Counted from the stretch's first letter, positions 27,401 to 40,261 are shown. The stretch is DNA of 64,000 bases from Eledone cirrhosa (GCA_964016885.1 OZ024766.1:13702001-13766000), one strand, 5' to 3'. Notes: a model not told the origin generated them from the letters alone. A program made the numbers and translations.

Positions 27401-28670
27401 TGTGTGTGTGTATCTACATATCTACATACATATGTGTGTGTGTGTACATATGTGTGTGTGTGTATCTACATACATATATGTGTGTGTGTGTGTGTGTATC
27501 TACATGTGTGTGTGTGTCTACATACGTGTGTGTGTGTATCTACGTATATATGTGTGTGTGTGTGTGTATCTACATATATATATATGTGTCTGTGTGTATC
27601 TACATGTGTGTGTGTATCTACATGTGTGTGTGTGTATATCTACATATATGTGTGTGTGTGTATCTACATATGTGTATGTGTGTGTATCTATATATGTGTG
27701 TGTGTGTATCTACATATATATGTGTGTGTGTGTATCTACATATGTGTGTGTGTGTGTGTATCTACATATATGTGTGTGTGTGTATCTACATATGTGTATG
27801 TGTGTGTATCTATATATGTGTGTGTGTGTATCTACATATATATGTGTGTGTGTGTATCTACATATGTGTGTGTGTGTGTGTATCTACATATGTGTGTGTG
27901 TGTGTGTGTATCTACATATATGTGTGTGTGTGTGTGTGTATGTACACATGTGTGTGTGTGTGTGTATCTACATATGTGTGTGTGTGTGTGTGTATCTACA
28001 TATGTGTGTGTGTGTGTGTGTATCTACATATGGGTGTGTGTGTGTGTATCTACATATATGTGTGTGTGTGTGTATCTACATATGTGTGTGTGTGTGTGTG
28101 TGTGTATGTACATATGTGTGTGTGTGTGTGTGTATGTACATATATGTGTGTGTGTGTGTATCTACATATGTGTGTGTGTGTGTGTGTGTGTATGTACACA
28201 TGTGTGTGTGTGTGTGTGTATGTACACATGTGTGTGTGTGTGTGTGTATGTACACATGTGTGTGTGTGTGTGTGTATGTACACACATGTGTGTGTGTGTG
28301 TGTGTATGTACACATGTGTGTGTGTGTATCTACATATGTGTGTGTGTGTGTGTATCTACACATGTGTGTGTGTGTGTATGTACACATGTGTGTGTGTGTA
28401 TCTACATATGTGTGTGTGTGTGTGTATCTACACATGTGTGTGTGTGTGTATGTACACATGTGTGTGTGTGTGTGTGTATGTACACATATGTGTGTGTGTG
28501 TATATCTACATATGTGTGTGTGTGTGTGTATCTACTTATGTGTGTGTGTGTGTGTGTATGTACATATGTGTGTGTGTGTGTGTATGTACACATGTGTGTG
28601 TGTGTGTGTGTATGTACACATGTGTGTGTGTGTGTGTGTATGTACACACATGTGTGTGTGTGTGTGTACA
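24155..28670. repeat. 4.5-kb compound microsatellite (TG)n-TATCTACA-(TA)n in intron 3
   Basis: Directly visible; source of the 1175-1480-aa pseudo-ORFs. Confidence 0.98.
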
Positions 28671-28843
28671 TGTTGTTATTTAGACAATACTTACAGCAGT
28701 AAGTATATGTATTAAGTCCCATCATTAAAGAGACAACATAAGGAGGCCCCATGGTGGCATCTTGACATTAATGGCTGAATAAAAACCAGAGATTATTGAG
28801 TAAAAGAAAGAAATGTTGATATTCCATATCATTGTTAACTTAC

Positions 28844-29196
28844 TGTTCCATTGTTCCTCCTGCAGCTCTGTCACCTGGAACAGGGCTGGCATGAGACCCC
28901 AACATCTCTATTATAGCTGGGTATCCTCCACGTTTGGCCAGTTGTAAAGCTGTCTCACCTTCGTCATTTACAATACTTAAGTCTGTTTCTGGCCTTGACA
29001 GCAACACCGCCACAACCTCTGTATCTCCCCTAATTACAGCCCTATGTAAAGGCGTATTATCATTACAATCCCTCACATTCGGGTCAGCTCCCCCGGCTAT
29101 CAATAGCTCTACCATGGCAACACTCCCCCTACACACCCACCTCCCCCCTGCAGCCACATGTAAAGGTGTGAACCCACTTCTATCTCCTTGATTGAT
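28844..29196 (-). CDS. Ankyrin-repeat + death-domain protein, coding exon 3 (three ankyrin repeats)
   Basis: Acceptor ttttcAG, donor GTAAGT. Reads INQGDRSGFTPLHVAA...ADPNVRDCNDNTPLHRAV...DLSIVNDEGETALQLAKRGG. Confidence 0.92.
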
Positions 29197-29980
29197 CTGA
29201 AAATGTAAAAATATATTAAATATGGTGGGAGTGAGAGTGAAGGGGAGAGTATGTAGTAAGAGAGGGGGCGAGTGGAGGTGTGGGGAGAGAATTAACAATA
29301 GACGAGAGAGAGAGAGAGGGGAAGAGAGAGTGAGAGCGGTAAATAGAGAGTGAGTAAGACAGAGTAAAAGAGTGAGAGAGAGGGAGAAATAGAGAGCGAG
29401 GGGAGAAAAGAGGGAGAGAGAGAGAGGAAGAAAAGTGAGAGAGAAAGAGAGAGTGAGAAATTCGTATCTGTACCCCCCCCCCCGTCCTTCTTAGATTTTT
29501 GTATTAAATAAATAGATTAATTCACACACACACACACACACACACACACGTAGACAGATACACATACACACAGAAATACATAGAAAGATACACATATATA
29601 CTCACACACAGACACATACATACATACATACACAGACACATTCGTAGACCGATACACACGTATATACACACAGACAGTAACACACATACACACACAGACA
29701 GTCACACACGGACACACAGACAGACACACACATACACACACACAGACAGTCACACACACACACAGACAGTCACACAGACACACACACACGGACACACAGA
29801 CACAAACAAATCCATACAGAGTGGTAGTAGCAGTAAGAGTAGACAACAGTGATAGTAGGAGGAAGGTGTGACGTCATAAGATAGACGCTACAGAAAGAAA
29901 TGGTGGAAATATGTAAATGTCTCTAATTTGAGTTAAGTTTGACTTATTTCTCTCATTTAATGACAGAAATATGACAATAA

Positions 29981-32891
29981 TCTATATATATAATTCCCGT
30001 TCTGTGTGTGTGTAAAAGAGTTTCACTTGGAAAATATTCCATCCATCTCTGTCAAATTAAACACATAGCCAAAATAGGCTACGGTCTGTAACATAAAGAA
30101 AAAATTATTTCATAATGATTAATTTCGAAGTCACAAACTTCGATTTTATAATCTTATAGGCTTTTGCACTAACAAATTCCATGACGGCCATTAAAGAGAG
30201 AGAGCGTTCCTTTTACACACTTCTTAACTGTCCCCCTTCCACAACACGACGTTATGGGATGGTATGTGTATGTGCGTGTGTATATGTGTGTGTATGTGTT
30301 TGTGTGTGTATGTGTGCGTGCATGTGTGTGTGTGTGTAATTTCCATAACGGCCAGAGAGAGAAGGATGTGTGAGAAGGAGATAGAAAGAGAGGAGTGAAA
30401 GAGAGAGAGAGAGTAAAATAAAGAAAGAGAGGAGTGTGTGTGACTTAACACTCCCCCTTCCATAACGTCACGTCTTGGGATTATGTGTGTGTGTGTATGT
30501 GTGTGTACGTGTGTGTATGTGTTTGTGTGTGTGTGTTTGTGTGTATGTGTGTGTATGTGTTTGTGTGTATGTGTGTATGTGTGTGTGTGTACGTGCGTAT
30601 GTGTGTGCGTGTGTGCATGTGTGTGTATAAATGTGTTAATTGTAAGAAATAACAGACGATACTTTTTATTCAAAAAATTAAACTCTAAAGCAGTTTTGAT
30701 GTCATAAATCATATTTTCAAAGTGAAAATCGTCATTTCTTTAATACTTATTCAGAGGTTGAAATATATTTACTGTTTGTCTTTTGGTTTTTAATCAAATA
30801 TTTACACATTGCTCAACCGACACTGCTAAACACGATATTAGCAAAATTATTTTGTAAGTATGAAAATCTAATATATAATTCCCGTGTAGAAAAAGCAGAT
30901 GATAAAATATACTTTTTCGTCTTGCTTATTATTACAAAAATTTACACATTGTACACAACTATTTATTTCTTTTAATTGATTTGTATCAGCTTTATTCAAT
31001 TACATATTTTCGGTAGAATGCCTCGAAAAAGAAAGAGTAACATTGGAAAAAAAAACAAAAAATGCTTTTGCTTTGCGTTCTTTGCGCGCAAGCGAAACAG
31101 AAGAACAATGTGTGCTACGGCGTGCTCGCAATGCTGCTTCTACCTCGATCGCCAGAGCATTACAAACAACTGAACAAGCAGAACTCCAGCGTGCTCACAA
31201 TGCTGCTTCTACTTTGAACATCAGAGCATTACAGAAAGCTGAACAAGCAGAACTCCGGCGTGCTCGCAATGCTGCTTCTAATTCCAATAGCCGTGCTTTA
31301 GAGACTGTTGACCAAAGGGCAACAAGGCTTGCGGCTGATTCTCAACGGAAAATGCGTACTTATGTCTTTCCGAGGGATTCTTCCTGTTACTGGTCTAAGA
31401 AAGGTTTTCAATACAACCCCCAAGAGGACTACGCATCCCATCCACATATCATCATTGGTAGTATGTCAACTGTTTGCGTCCATTGTAATGCAATGAGGTG
31501 GCCAGCGGAATCTACCGGTATATGTTGCTCCAAGGGAACGGTTAGATTGCCTTATTTACAAGTCGGTGCCGAACCTTTGAATTCTTTGCTGCTTGGAGAC
31601 CACCCTGATTCTAAACACTTTTTCAGAAATATAAGAGCCTACAATTCGGCTTTCCAAATGACAAGCTTTAGTCATACACCAATAAAAGATGGGAATTATA
31701 TGCCCACATTTAAAGTGCAAGGCCAAATTTACCATCAAATAGAATCACTTATTCCACAAGATGGCAAAGAACACAGTTTTCTCCAGATCTACTTTATGGG
31801 CAACGGACCTGAAGAAATTGCACGAAGGGCTTCAGTTGCTAAAGGAACGACACCTTCTCTTCTGCAGCCCCTTCAATATATGCTTCATTCCATAAACCCG
31901 TACATCACCATTTTCAAAACTGCTTTACAACGTAGAGATGCTAACAACAATCAATACAAGGTTGTCATTCGAAATGACCGCGCTCCACCAGGGCAACATC
32001 AGGGTTGCTTTAATAGACCCCAAACCGATGAAGTTGCGGTGATTATAACACGTCCTAATCAGAGCGCTTCAAACCGTGATATTGTTATTGAATGGCAGGA
32101 CTCGCATCTTCAAAAAATAAATGAACTTCATCCCGCATATGATGCTCTCCAGTATCCATTGCTGTTCCCCTTTGGCGACGATGGCTACCACATTGATTTG
32201 CAAAAGTGTAATCCTGTAAGTTTAATGCATCTTACACCAGGGAAAACCATTTCACAAATGGAATTTTATGCATTTGTGAAAAACGACGTCAACATTCTGC
32301 ATAGAACACGGATGCTCCTCAATCAATACTGTGTAGACATATTTGCTAAGATTGACACTGAACGCCTCCAATGGATAAGACATCATCAAAAGGAACTGCG
32401 TTCAGAAGAATACGGCAATCTATGTGACAAAATAAACCGAAATGATCAGGCTAATGCTTCGGATGTTGGGCTTTCTGTCATTCTCCCATCATCATACACT
32501 GGAGGCCCCGTTACATGCATGAAAAAATGCAGGATGCTCTGACCTATGTCCGCCATTGTGGCCATCCTGATCTTTTTATCATCTTTACATGCAATCCAAA
32601 ATGGTTTGACATCCAGTCTCATTTACTGTTTGTCTTTCGGTTATTAATAAAAAAAATTACACATTGTTCAACCGACACGGCTAACGATACATTTCTCTAT
32701 GTTCACATTTTAATGACACATATCTGTAAATAAAACTTGCTCTTTTTGAATACCGTCTCATTTTGTTTTATTGAAAGAGTTGATCAGGTAAAATTATCCT
32801 CCAAGTTAAACATACAACACGGAAATTGACCATTAACATTGCAGCCCTACCAAGAACTGACACCGTCCAATGGACAGGGGTCATTTGCTAG
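29981..32891 (+). mobile_element. Internally deleted Helitron in intron 2 of the host gene
   Basis: 5' A|TCTATATATATAA; 3' hairpin CCGTCCAATGGACAGG followed by TTTGCTAG|T; RepHel remnant inside. Confidence 0.88.
31018..32620 (+). pseudogene. Helitron RepHel N-terminal half (frameshifted, truncated after Rep motif 1)
   Basis: MPRKRKSNIGK / CVHCNAMRWPAESTGICCSKG / HFFRNIRAYNSAFQMTSF / YDALQYPLLFPFGDDGY / ILPSSYTGGP / PDLFIIFTCNPKW. No HUH motif or PIF1 helicase follows. Confidence 0.9.
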
Positions 32892-33344
32892 TTAAATATA
32901 AATTAACAACATGTTGCCAATGGATTCTCTACATTTTATTTTGTCTCTCTTGGAAAACTATTTCCATGTGAAAAGAAAGGTTTAATTTGTCGTCTGTTTG
33001 ACAGGGTCTTTATTGAGGGGGGTGCAAGACAGATGTGGTGGCAGTGTTAGTAGAAAATTACAGAGAGAGTGAGGGAGGTGTTTATTGATAGTGGCGAAGG
33101 TGGAGAACGAAAGGGAAGGCAGGGAGGGGGAGGGAATGAGAGAGAGACAGGGAGAGGGAGGGAACGAGAGAGAGAGAAAAAGAGAAAGAGGGATGGAAAG
33201 AAAGAGAGAGAGTTAAGAAGTTAGAGAGAATGAGGAAAGTTTATCTGTCTGTGTGGCTGTCTGTCAGTCTAGCATATAGTTGACAAGGGAGATAATCAAT
33301 TGGACAAACTTGGTGATATTTCGTTTTGAAAGAACATTTTTTGA

Positions 33345-33562
<218 letters not shown>

Positions 33563-33779
33563 GATAAATATATAAATAGAGTGAGGGTGAGAGATAGATA
33601 GCTAGGTAGACAGACAGATAGATAGATAAATTGCCAAGGGTAGATAGGTGGATATTATAGATAGATTGATAAATATACAATGATTTGGAAATATTTTCAG
33701 TATTTATCAATAGTGATGGTCATATTGAACAATAATCAATAGAATCAGACAAATCTACAGAGTGTATATGTTGACCCAC

Positions 33780-33927
33780 CTTAATAGCAGGTGTGTTGAT
33801 TAACAACTGTGCAATATCTGTACAGTTGTTAATGACGGCCTTGTGGAGTGGAGTATACCCGTATTCATCCAGACAATTTATATCCTCTCCAGAGGACAGC
33901 AAGGATTTCACCTTTTTATAGTTTCTT
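33780..33927 (-). CDS. Ankyrin-repeat + death-domain protein, coding exon 2
   Basis: Acceptor tactttcAG, donor GTGGGT, phase 2 in and phase 0 out. Reads RNYKKVKSLLSSGEDINCLDEYGYTPLHKAVINNCTDIAQLLINTPAIK. Confidence 0.9.
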
Positions 33928-33973
33928 CTGAAAGTAGTAGAAATAAATACAAATACACATATATAGGAAATGA

Positions 33974-34190
33974 AGGCACATGGCTTAGTGGTTAGTGTGT
34001 TCTACTGAAGATCATAAGGTTGTGAGTTTGAGTCCTGGGGATGGCTTGTGTCCTTGAGCAAGACACTTTATTACATGATGATCCAGTCTACTCAGCTAGC
34101 AAAACTGAGTTGTACCAGTAATACAAAGGGTCAGCCTTGTTAATCTGCTTATCCTTGAGAACTACAATAAAGGTACACATTCATGTCTGT
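33974..34190 (+). mobile_element. tRNA-derived SINE, family 2
   Basis: TGGCTTAGTGGTTAG A-box, GAGTTTGAGTCC B-box, GTCCTTGAGCAAGACACTTTA. Confidence 0.8.
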
Positions 34191-34224
34191 AAAGTGGTTG
34201 GTGATAGGAAGGGCATCCAGACCA

Positions 34225-34970
34225 GGATACTGGAATAGCCTAGCACCCTCATCTAGGAACATCAACTGATACATCAGTAAGGACCAGTGATGGTGAGGCT
34301 GAGATGCTGAAAGAGCCAAGCACCTTCACCGAGGAGCATCAAGTGACACATCAGTAAAGCATGGTGATGGTGAAACTAAGATACTGCAATAGCCAAGTAC
34401 CCTCACCTATGAGTATCAACTGATATATCAATAAAGCATGGTGATGGTGAGGCCGAGATACTGGAATAGCCAAGCACCTTTACATAAGAGCACCATGAGA
34501 TACATCAGTGAAGCCAAGTGATGGTGAGACTGAGATACTGGAATAACCAAGTTCTCTCACCAGGGAATATCAACTGGTATGACCGTAAGGCCTGGTGATG
34601 GTGAGGCTGAGATGCTGGAATAGCCAAGCACCTTTACATAAGAGCACCATGAGATACATCAGTAAAGCCAGGTGATGGTGAGACTGAGATACTGGAATAA
34701 CCAAGCTCTCTCACCAGGGAGTATCAACTGGTATGACCGTAAGGCCTGGTGATGGTGAGGCTGAGATGCTGGAATAGCCAAGCACCTTTACATAAGAGCA
34801 CCATGAGATACATCAGTAAAGCCAGGTGATGGTGAGACTGAGATACTGGAATAACCAAGCTCTCTCACCAGGGAGTATCAACTGGTAAGACCGTAAGGCC
34901 TGGTGATGGTGAGGCTGAGATGCTGGAATAGCCAAGCAGCCTCACCACCAGGAACATCACCTGATACATT
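34225..34970. repeat. 77-bp minisatellite with alternating A/B monomers (154-bp higher-order unit) in intron 1
   Basis: GATGGTGAG recurs at 34597, 34674 and 34751; monomer types alternate. Confidence 0.85.
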
Positions 34971-35081
34971 GGTAAGTGAAGCCACCAACAAGAACAAGAG
35001 CCTAATTGTCAATGGCTACCAACTCCCCCATGAAAGTATGAAATAAATCAAACAGAATAGAAATAATTGTTGTAAACTTAC

Positions 35082-35167
35082 TGTGAAACAGCTTCATGTA
35101 GTGTTATGTTACCAGTTCTGTCATCCTTTAGCTGTAAACTAGCTGCTGCTCCACTTAATTTCTCCAT
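35082..35167 (-). CDS. Ankyrin-repeat + death-domain protein, coding exon 1 (ATG at 35167)
   Basis: aacAG|CTAAAATGG; reads MEKLSGAAASLQLKDDRTGNITLHEAVS; donor GTAAGT, phase 2 matches exon 2. Confidence 0.75.
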
Positions 35168-35382
35168 TTTAGCTGTTAATATATATATATTTATATATAT
35201 ACACACACATGTATGCATATACATATGCGAGTGTGGTTTATTAAACGTAACTTAACGTTAAAAGCTTAAATGTAAGATTTTTGCCTATGAAAATTAATCT
35301 AAAAAAAGTGGACACCATTGCCTATGTGACTTAAACTCACATTTGCCTTATACAGGACATCTGTGCTTACCAGTTGCAATCA

Positions 35383-35423
<41 letters not shown>

Positions 35424-35427
35424 TATA

Positions 35428-35762
35428 CACTCCCGTCCCACTAACCCCACCTCCACCGCCATCTACACCACCCCTTTGATGTAAAGCTATGTTTGTACCA
35501 CAACATCCAGTCCTAAATAAATGAGGTTGTGTAGTTGTCACGACAAAAAAACACAGTCCACACTGTAATGTGGCCGTGTAGGTAACACGGTAAAAACCAC
35601 CCAGTTCCACACTGTAAACGTAGTTGGTGTTAGGAAGGGTACCCAGCCGTAGAAAACCCGCCAGACAGTCCTGAGCAAGACAACCAACCTCGCCTCAAGT
35701 GGGACAATTCCCGTCCAGACCCATGCTAGCATGGAAAATGGACGTTAAACGATGATGATGAT
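35428..35762 (+). mobile_element. Solo RTE family A 3' UTR in (TA)n
   Basis: Co-linear with 2270-2725; ends GGACGTTAAACGATGATGATG. Confidence 0.85.
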
Positions 35763-36779
35763 AATGATATATATATATATGGGTGTGTATGTGTATGTAT
35801 ATATATATGTGTATGTATGTGTATATATATATGTGTATGTATGTATGTGTTGATATCTGTTTGTATGTAGTATATATGGACTGTAGATATATTTACATAT
35901 AGGGAAGTGAATATGTGAGCCAGCATGTCCCCCCCCCCCCCACCCTTCCTGTCCCAAACCAATATCAACAACACATCTTTGACAAATCTTCCCAAACTAT
36001 CCTTCTTTTCTCTTTTTCCTGTCATCCCATTCTTATCAAAAGACATGTATCTTACACCTCATTAAAACCCAGACAACCACCTAAATTCATCTTTGATATA
36101 GAAATTTGTAGAAGATATTCTTTATGGATTTGGAAGAGTTGATTCAGCTATGCCATTATATACTCATCAAAGGTCAGCTAATGAAATAAAACCAGCAGGA
36201 GAGTATGTTTACAACTACCTTCTCAAACACCCTTATCTTACAACCTCACCATTTTCTGAGTGTATATATGTGTGTGTATGAGTGTATGTGTGTGTGTGTA
36301 TGCTTTAATTCCTATGGACCTTCATCATCATCAACACTCATTAACACCACATGCCAACCCCAGACACATCCATATCTCTCTCTTATATATAGTCACACAT
36401 TTCAACACAACCTGATCTCAGTTTGACAATCTCCACAGACAGAAGAATGCGAGAAAGTTCTCCAACCCAAGTTAACCAGGAATCTATAAAATTCTTCCCA
36501 CCAAAGTTAAAGAACTTACTGGATCTATCAACTCATAATATTATAATATTATAAAAATTAAATCAAACATGTTTTAACACTACAAATGACATCATTCTTT
36601 TCCTTTTTTTCAAATATACCTAACTGTACCAAGGATCTCACACATTTTCCAATATATATATACATATATATACACATACAAGGGTGAGTCAAAATATAAT
36701 GCAATTTTTGTCATAGAAAACATACTTCGGCACTGGGCATATCAAAAGATCGAAATAATGGAGGTAAACTTTGTTCCAT

Positions 36780-37135
36780 CATTATCTTTTCCTGCTTATT
36801 TCAAGATTCAGTTCTATTAAAATGTCCAAATGTCAATACTTCCAGCTATGATATAATGGACGCTATATCACATCGCTTATATTTCCATCACTAATTTTCT
36901 CCTTTTTCGTTTTCATAAAATTTCACCATGATGCAGTTTATATATAATATCATCTTTTTTAAATGTATCATGGATTACTTTACTGATTACAGAAGAAAGT
37001 GTAACACACTCTCTTCAATTTCTGTGGATATTGTCAATTACAATTTTATTTGAGGTATCATATCTACATGTATGTATATTTGTGTATAATATCTATATAC
37101 ACACTACACATGCCAGCAGAAAACCAACCGAAGGG
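36780..37135 (+). mobile_element. Partial copy of the non-autonomous Helitron at 40940-41459 (opposite orientation)
   Basis: Reverse-complement similarity, e.g. TATCTACATGTA...ACACTACACATGCCAGCAGAAAAC vs GTTTTCTGCTAGCATGTGTAGTGTG...TACATGTAGATA. Confidence 0.65.
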
Positions 37136-37321
37136 TGTATATAACAGCAACAACAACAAAACAAGATAAAGATTACCAGGTAACTTACTTTTTCGTCTAT
37201 TTTACATTGTTTAGTCTTATATCACTTTCCACATTTTACGTATGTGTGTGTATTTATATATATATATATATATGCTGTGGTTATCCCGATCTCACTCGGG
37301 ATCTCTCACACACACACATGC

Positions 37322-38161
37322 TAACTTAAAGAATGCCACGGTACTAAAGTACGCAGATGACATCAAGCTGTACCTTGAGATAAAAAGGACAGATCCTGAA
37401 CACTATAGATCTTGCTTGCAGTCTGACCAGGACACAATGCAACAATGGATCTCAGACTGGCAACTCAAGCTAGCTGTGGACAAGTGCACCACCATACATT
37501 TTGGGAGTAAAAACCTAGCGTCCACATACTCCCTCCACAGCACTAATATCAAGAAGTCTTCTTGTGAACGTGACCTGGGCATTACGGTCAGCAGCGATTT
37601 GCGTTGGACGAAGCACGTCTGTAAAATTGTCAAGAGCGTCAAGGGTGTCTTAGCATCACTCAGCAAGACCTTTGTCAGCCGTTCTCCAGATATCTATTTA
37701 AGGCTGTACATGGCTATGGTGCGGCCACACTTAGAATTTGCATCACCAGTCTGGAACCCCTATCTTGCTCAGAACATTGACCGCCTGGAAACTGTTCAGA
37801 GATGTGCAACCAAGCGAATACCCTCCATCAGGCATCTACCTTACACTGAGCGCCTTGCTTCCCTGGGCATGGATACATTGAAGCTCCGACGCCTGGCAAC
37901 TGACTTGATACACACCCACAAAATTGTTAACCATCTTGCCAACAACAACCCTGAGTACCTTTTTGATTTCCATGTGTCTAACACACGTGGACATGCCCAC
38001 AAAGTCAGAAAACTGCACAGTTCCCAAGACTTTCGGAAACATTTTTTCACGCTCAGAGTTGCTGAAGCATGGAACAAACTACCTGCATCAGTTGTTAGCT
38101 GTCGAGACACTGCAACCTTTAAGGCCTCCATGCTTCCCGAGATCCGCAAACACTACAGCTA
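37322..38161 (+). mobile_element. CR1-clade LINE 3' fragment with open RT C-terminal frame
   Basis: LKYADDIKL...WQLKLAVDKC...ERDLGI...LYMAMVRPHLEFASPVWNP...LETVQRCATK...TRGH...FFTLRVAEAWNKLP. Confidence 0.9.
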
Positions 38162-38256
38162 ATGTTCCCCCTCCATACACATACACACATGTATATATAT
38201 GTATGTTTGTTTCATCTCTGACACACACACACATATATATATATATGTATGTTTGT

Positions 38257-38450
38257 CTCAGGTTCAATCAGAGGTAACCACAGTAAGTACGGTGCTCAAT
38301 ACATAGCAGAGTATGAATATTTAATATAGAAATGGCTTCTACAGGACTAGAACTGTTTCAGTCAGGAGAAATCATCAGGAAGCTTCCTGGTGATTTCTCC
38401 CGAATCAAACAAGTCTAGTCCTGTAGAAGCCATGTCTATATTAAATATAA
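38257..38450. mobile_element. Short hairpin element (Penelope/retrozyme-like) with hammerhead, family H1
   Basis: Homologous to 60103-60295; palindrome centred on AAGCTT at 38380-38385. Confidence 0.75.
38335..38383 (-). ncRNA. Type I hammerhead ribozyme motif
   Basis: GCUUC CUGAUGA UUUCUCCUGACU GAA ACAG UUCUAGUC CUGU A^GAAGC: intact core and helices I and III; helix II weak. Confidence 0.65.
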
Positions 38451-38460
38451 ATATATATAT

Positions 38461-38826
38461 ATCATCATCATCATTTTACGTCCACTTTTCCCTGCTTGCA
38501 AGGGTGGGATGGGTCCTATTCAGCACAGCATCTCTCCACTTGTCACGGTCCCTCGTCATCTCCTCCGTGAGATTCAGCGATCTGAGGTCTGCTCTCACCA
38601 CCTCCCCTCATGTTTTTTGTGGTCTTCCTCTACTGTGTCTTCCTTCTATTAGGATCTCTTGGCACTTCTTTACTCAGCGGTCATCTACCATGAGCATCAC
38701 ATGTCCATACTATCTCAGTCTCTTCTCCTGCACACCACAACTTATCCCTCTTATACTCAGTTTCTCTCTCAACTCATCTATGCTTGGTCGTTCACGCACA
38801 TTGACATTGCACATCCAACGGAGCAT
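38461..38826 (-). mobile_element. RTE family B 3' fragment
   Basis: Reverse complement of 6085-6441-type sequence, with a (GAT)n tail at 38461-38472. Confidence 0.88.
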
Positions 38827-38987
38827 ACATATATATATATATATATATAATATTAATTTGAGTATTTTGGGGGTAATTAGCGACACTTCAGTATGCAGGT
38901 TAGAGCACTATATGCGACCAGTGCTTTGAGAAAACAACACCATACTTCGAGATGGGGCATATCAAAATATCAGAAGTAAGCTTTACT

Positions 38988-39948
38988 TCATCTAGCTGTC
39001 TGGTGTGGTCATCTAGCTGTCTCCTGTGGTCATCTAGCTGTCTGGTGTGGTCATCTAGCTGTCTGGTGTGGTCATCTAACTGTCTCATGTGGTTATCTAG
39101 TTGTCTCATGTGGTCATCTAGCTGTCTGGTGTGGTCATCTAGCTGTCTGGTGTGGTCATCTAGCTGTCTGGTGTGGTCATCTAGCTGTCTGGTGTGGTCA
39201 TCTAGCTGTCTGATGTGGTCATCTAGCTGTCTGATGTGGTCATCTAGCTGTCTGGTGTGGTCATCTAGCTGTCTGGTGTGGTCATCTAACTGTCTGATGT
39301 GGTCATCTAGCTGTCTGGTGTGGTCATCTAGCTGTCTGGTGTGGTCATCTAGCTGTCTGGTGTGGTCATCTAGCTGTATGATGTGGTCATCTGGCTGTCT
39401 GATGTGGTCATCTAGCTGTCTGGTGTGGTCATCTAGCTGTCTGATGTGGTCATCTAGCTGTCTGGTGTGGTCATCTAGCTGTCTGGTGTGGTCATCTAAC
39501 TGTCTCATGTGGTTATCTAGTTGTCTCATGTGGTCATCTAGCTGTCTGATGTGGTCATCTAGCTGTCTGGTGTGGTCATCTAGCTGTCTGGTGTGGTCAC
39601 CTAGCTGTCTGATGTGGTCATCTAGCTGTCTGGTGTGGTCACCTAGCTGTCTGATGTGCTCACCTAGCCGTCTGATGTGGTCATCTAACTGTCTCATGTG
39701 GTCATCTAGCTGTCTGGTGTGGTCATCTAGCTGTCTGGTGTGGTCATCTAGCTGTCTGGTGTGGTCATCTAGCTGTCTGGTGTGGTCATCTAGCTGTCTG
39801 TTGTGGTCATCTGTCTGATGTGGTCATCTAGCTGTCTGGTGTGGTCATCTAGCTGTCTGATGTCGTCATCTGTCTGATGTGGTCATCTAGCTGTCAGATG
39901 TGGTCATCTAGCTGTCAGGTGTGGTCATCTAGCTGTCAGATGTGGTCA
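38988..39948. repeat. 21-bp minisatellite TCATCTAGCTGTCTGGTGTGG, ~45 copies
   Basis: Directly visible tandem array. Confidence 0.95.
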
Positions 39949-39964
39949 TTGTTGTTATATAATC

Positions 39965-40103
39965 GTTTGCAGTACAGTTACGTCCCTTTACGGACTGAGC
40001 TCAAATCCCGCCGAGGTAAACTTTGCCTTACGCGGTCGATAAAATAAAGTACCAGTAATACACTGGAATTATTGCAGGCCTTGTGCCAAAAGTAGAAACA
40101 ATT
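39965..40103 (+). mobile_element. SINE family 1, 5'-truncated
   Basis: CTCAAATCCCGCCGAGGTAAACTTTGCC...GTCGATAAAATAAAGTACCAG...GTAGAAACAATT. Confidence 0.8.
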
Positions 40104-40261
40104 ATATATATAACAGTGAATATGAATAAACAAAGTTAATTTTAGTCTGTTGACTTACACTTGTTGTTTTATATATATACTAGACCTCCAGTGACCTGTT
40201 GGGTCACGTACACTTAAATATAATTTTTACTTAATTAAAATATACACAGACATGTATATAT

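Noticed and set aside
24260-28715. 1175-1480-aa ORFs (CVCVYLH...)
   Set aside because: Translations of a (TG)n/(TA)n compound microsatellite that happens to lack stops in all three plus-strand frames; intronic.
31043-32542. 499-aa ORF as a functional host or captured gene
   Set aside because: It is the frameshifted, truncated N-terminal half of a Helitron RepHel, lacking the HUH catalytic motif and helicase.
36677-36780. Mariner-like terminus TACAAGGGTGAGTCAAAA (and a similar string at ~40790)
   Set aside because: No matching opposite TIR or transposase was found, so it is too weak to call as an element.
38900-39818. Heptad ORF (RQLDDHT)n resembling a coiled coil, and its antisense (WSSSCLV)n
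   Set aside because: Pure 21-bp minisatellite, open on both strands, with no unique flanking coding sequence or convincing splice context.
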